Positions 42,956 through 43,223 of a stretch of 43,223 nt of DNA are shown in pieces. Made by a program: the position numbers and the translations under genes. The notes below the pieces were generated by a model. That model worked only from the letters and a program-made list of their open reading frames with translations, searched no databases and was not told the origin of the DNA. This DNA comes from an uncultured Alphaproteobacteria bacterium (GTDB taxonomy: Bacteria; Pseudomonadota; Alphaproteobacteria; Rs-D84). The DNA lies in NCBI GenBank assembly GCA_937900435.1, contig CALCEG010000010.1, positions 1 through 43,223 on the forward strand, given 5' to 3'. The stretch's first letter is position 1. The number at the start of each line of letters is the position of its first letter.

Positions 42956-43192
42956 TTGAAAAACAGCAAAGCTGCATCGGCAGAAGTTGAAAAGCGTTTT
43001 GGAATTCCGTCATCTATGGTTTTGGACAAAGAGGGTAATTTTACTTTCACCTATATTTTCCTGCGGGATGAAAATGCCAAGAGAACGGATGGGCAATATA
43101 ACGCCAGCCTTACAATTTGGGTTGATGATTACAAAATCAACAATTACAGTTATACTGTTATTGATGACTTAAATAAAAAGACTATAGATTAA
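42956..43192 (+). CDS. Hypothetical ORF abutting the dnaG truncation point (possibly itself a 5'-truncated fragment)
   Basis: The track start is TTG. The frame is open from 42929 with no ATG until codon SSM(V). No motif recognised. Confidence 0.3.
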   Translation: MKNSKAASAEVEKRFGIPSSMVLDKEGNFTFTYIFLRDENAKRTDGQYNASLTIWVDDYKINNYSYTVIDDLNKKTID

Positions 43193-43223
43193 TTAATATG
43201 AAATCCTTTCGTTTATACAAGCC

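Overview
About 43 kb of chromosome from an AT-rich Gram-negative bacterium. It is probably an alphaproteobacterium, judged from an alpha-type SspB, a long non-zinc L36, and lpxC/lpxK/PagL/TolC/VirB genes. Hand counts on sample lines give about 40% GC in core genes and 23-33% in accessory stretches. Housekeeping genes: gyrB, thrS, ung, tatA, lpxC, lpxK, recF, ychF, rfbD, rpmJ, sspB and three tRNAs (CAT elongator/Ile2-type, initiator Met, Cys). Accessory content: (i) an LPS glycosyltransferase cluster (219-4495); (ii) an orphan phage-tail-fibre-like gene (4788-6020); (iii) a translationally coupled operon (6462-10213) for a secreted glycine-zipper protein and a 941-aa Cys-rich protein, whose AT-rich 3' module carries an HExxH motif; (iv) an array of tRNA(CAT) 3'-end copies spaced about 170 bp apart, each with its own terminator (10353-10965); (v) an 825-bp GNAT cassette bracketed by 78-bp direct repeats that start inside tRNA-fMet; (vi) an AT-rich islet of unknown genes, two with HExxH motifs, next to an isolated virB3-virB4 operon; (vii) two families of palindromic repeats, each with a copy read through in frame by a CDS; (viii) two paralogous small genes that each need a frameshift; (ix) a 5'-truncated dnaG. 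No CRISPR array, rRNA, transposase or integrase gene was seen. All functional calls rest on motifs read by eye; no database search was run.
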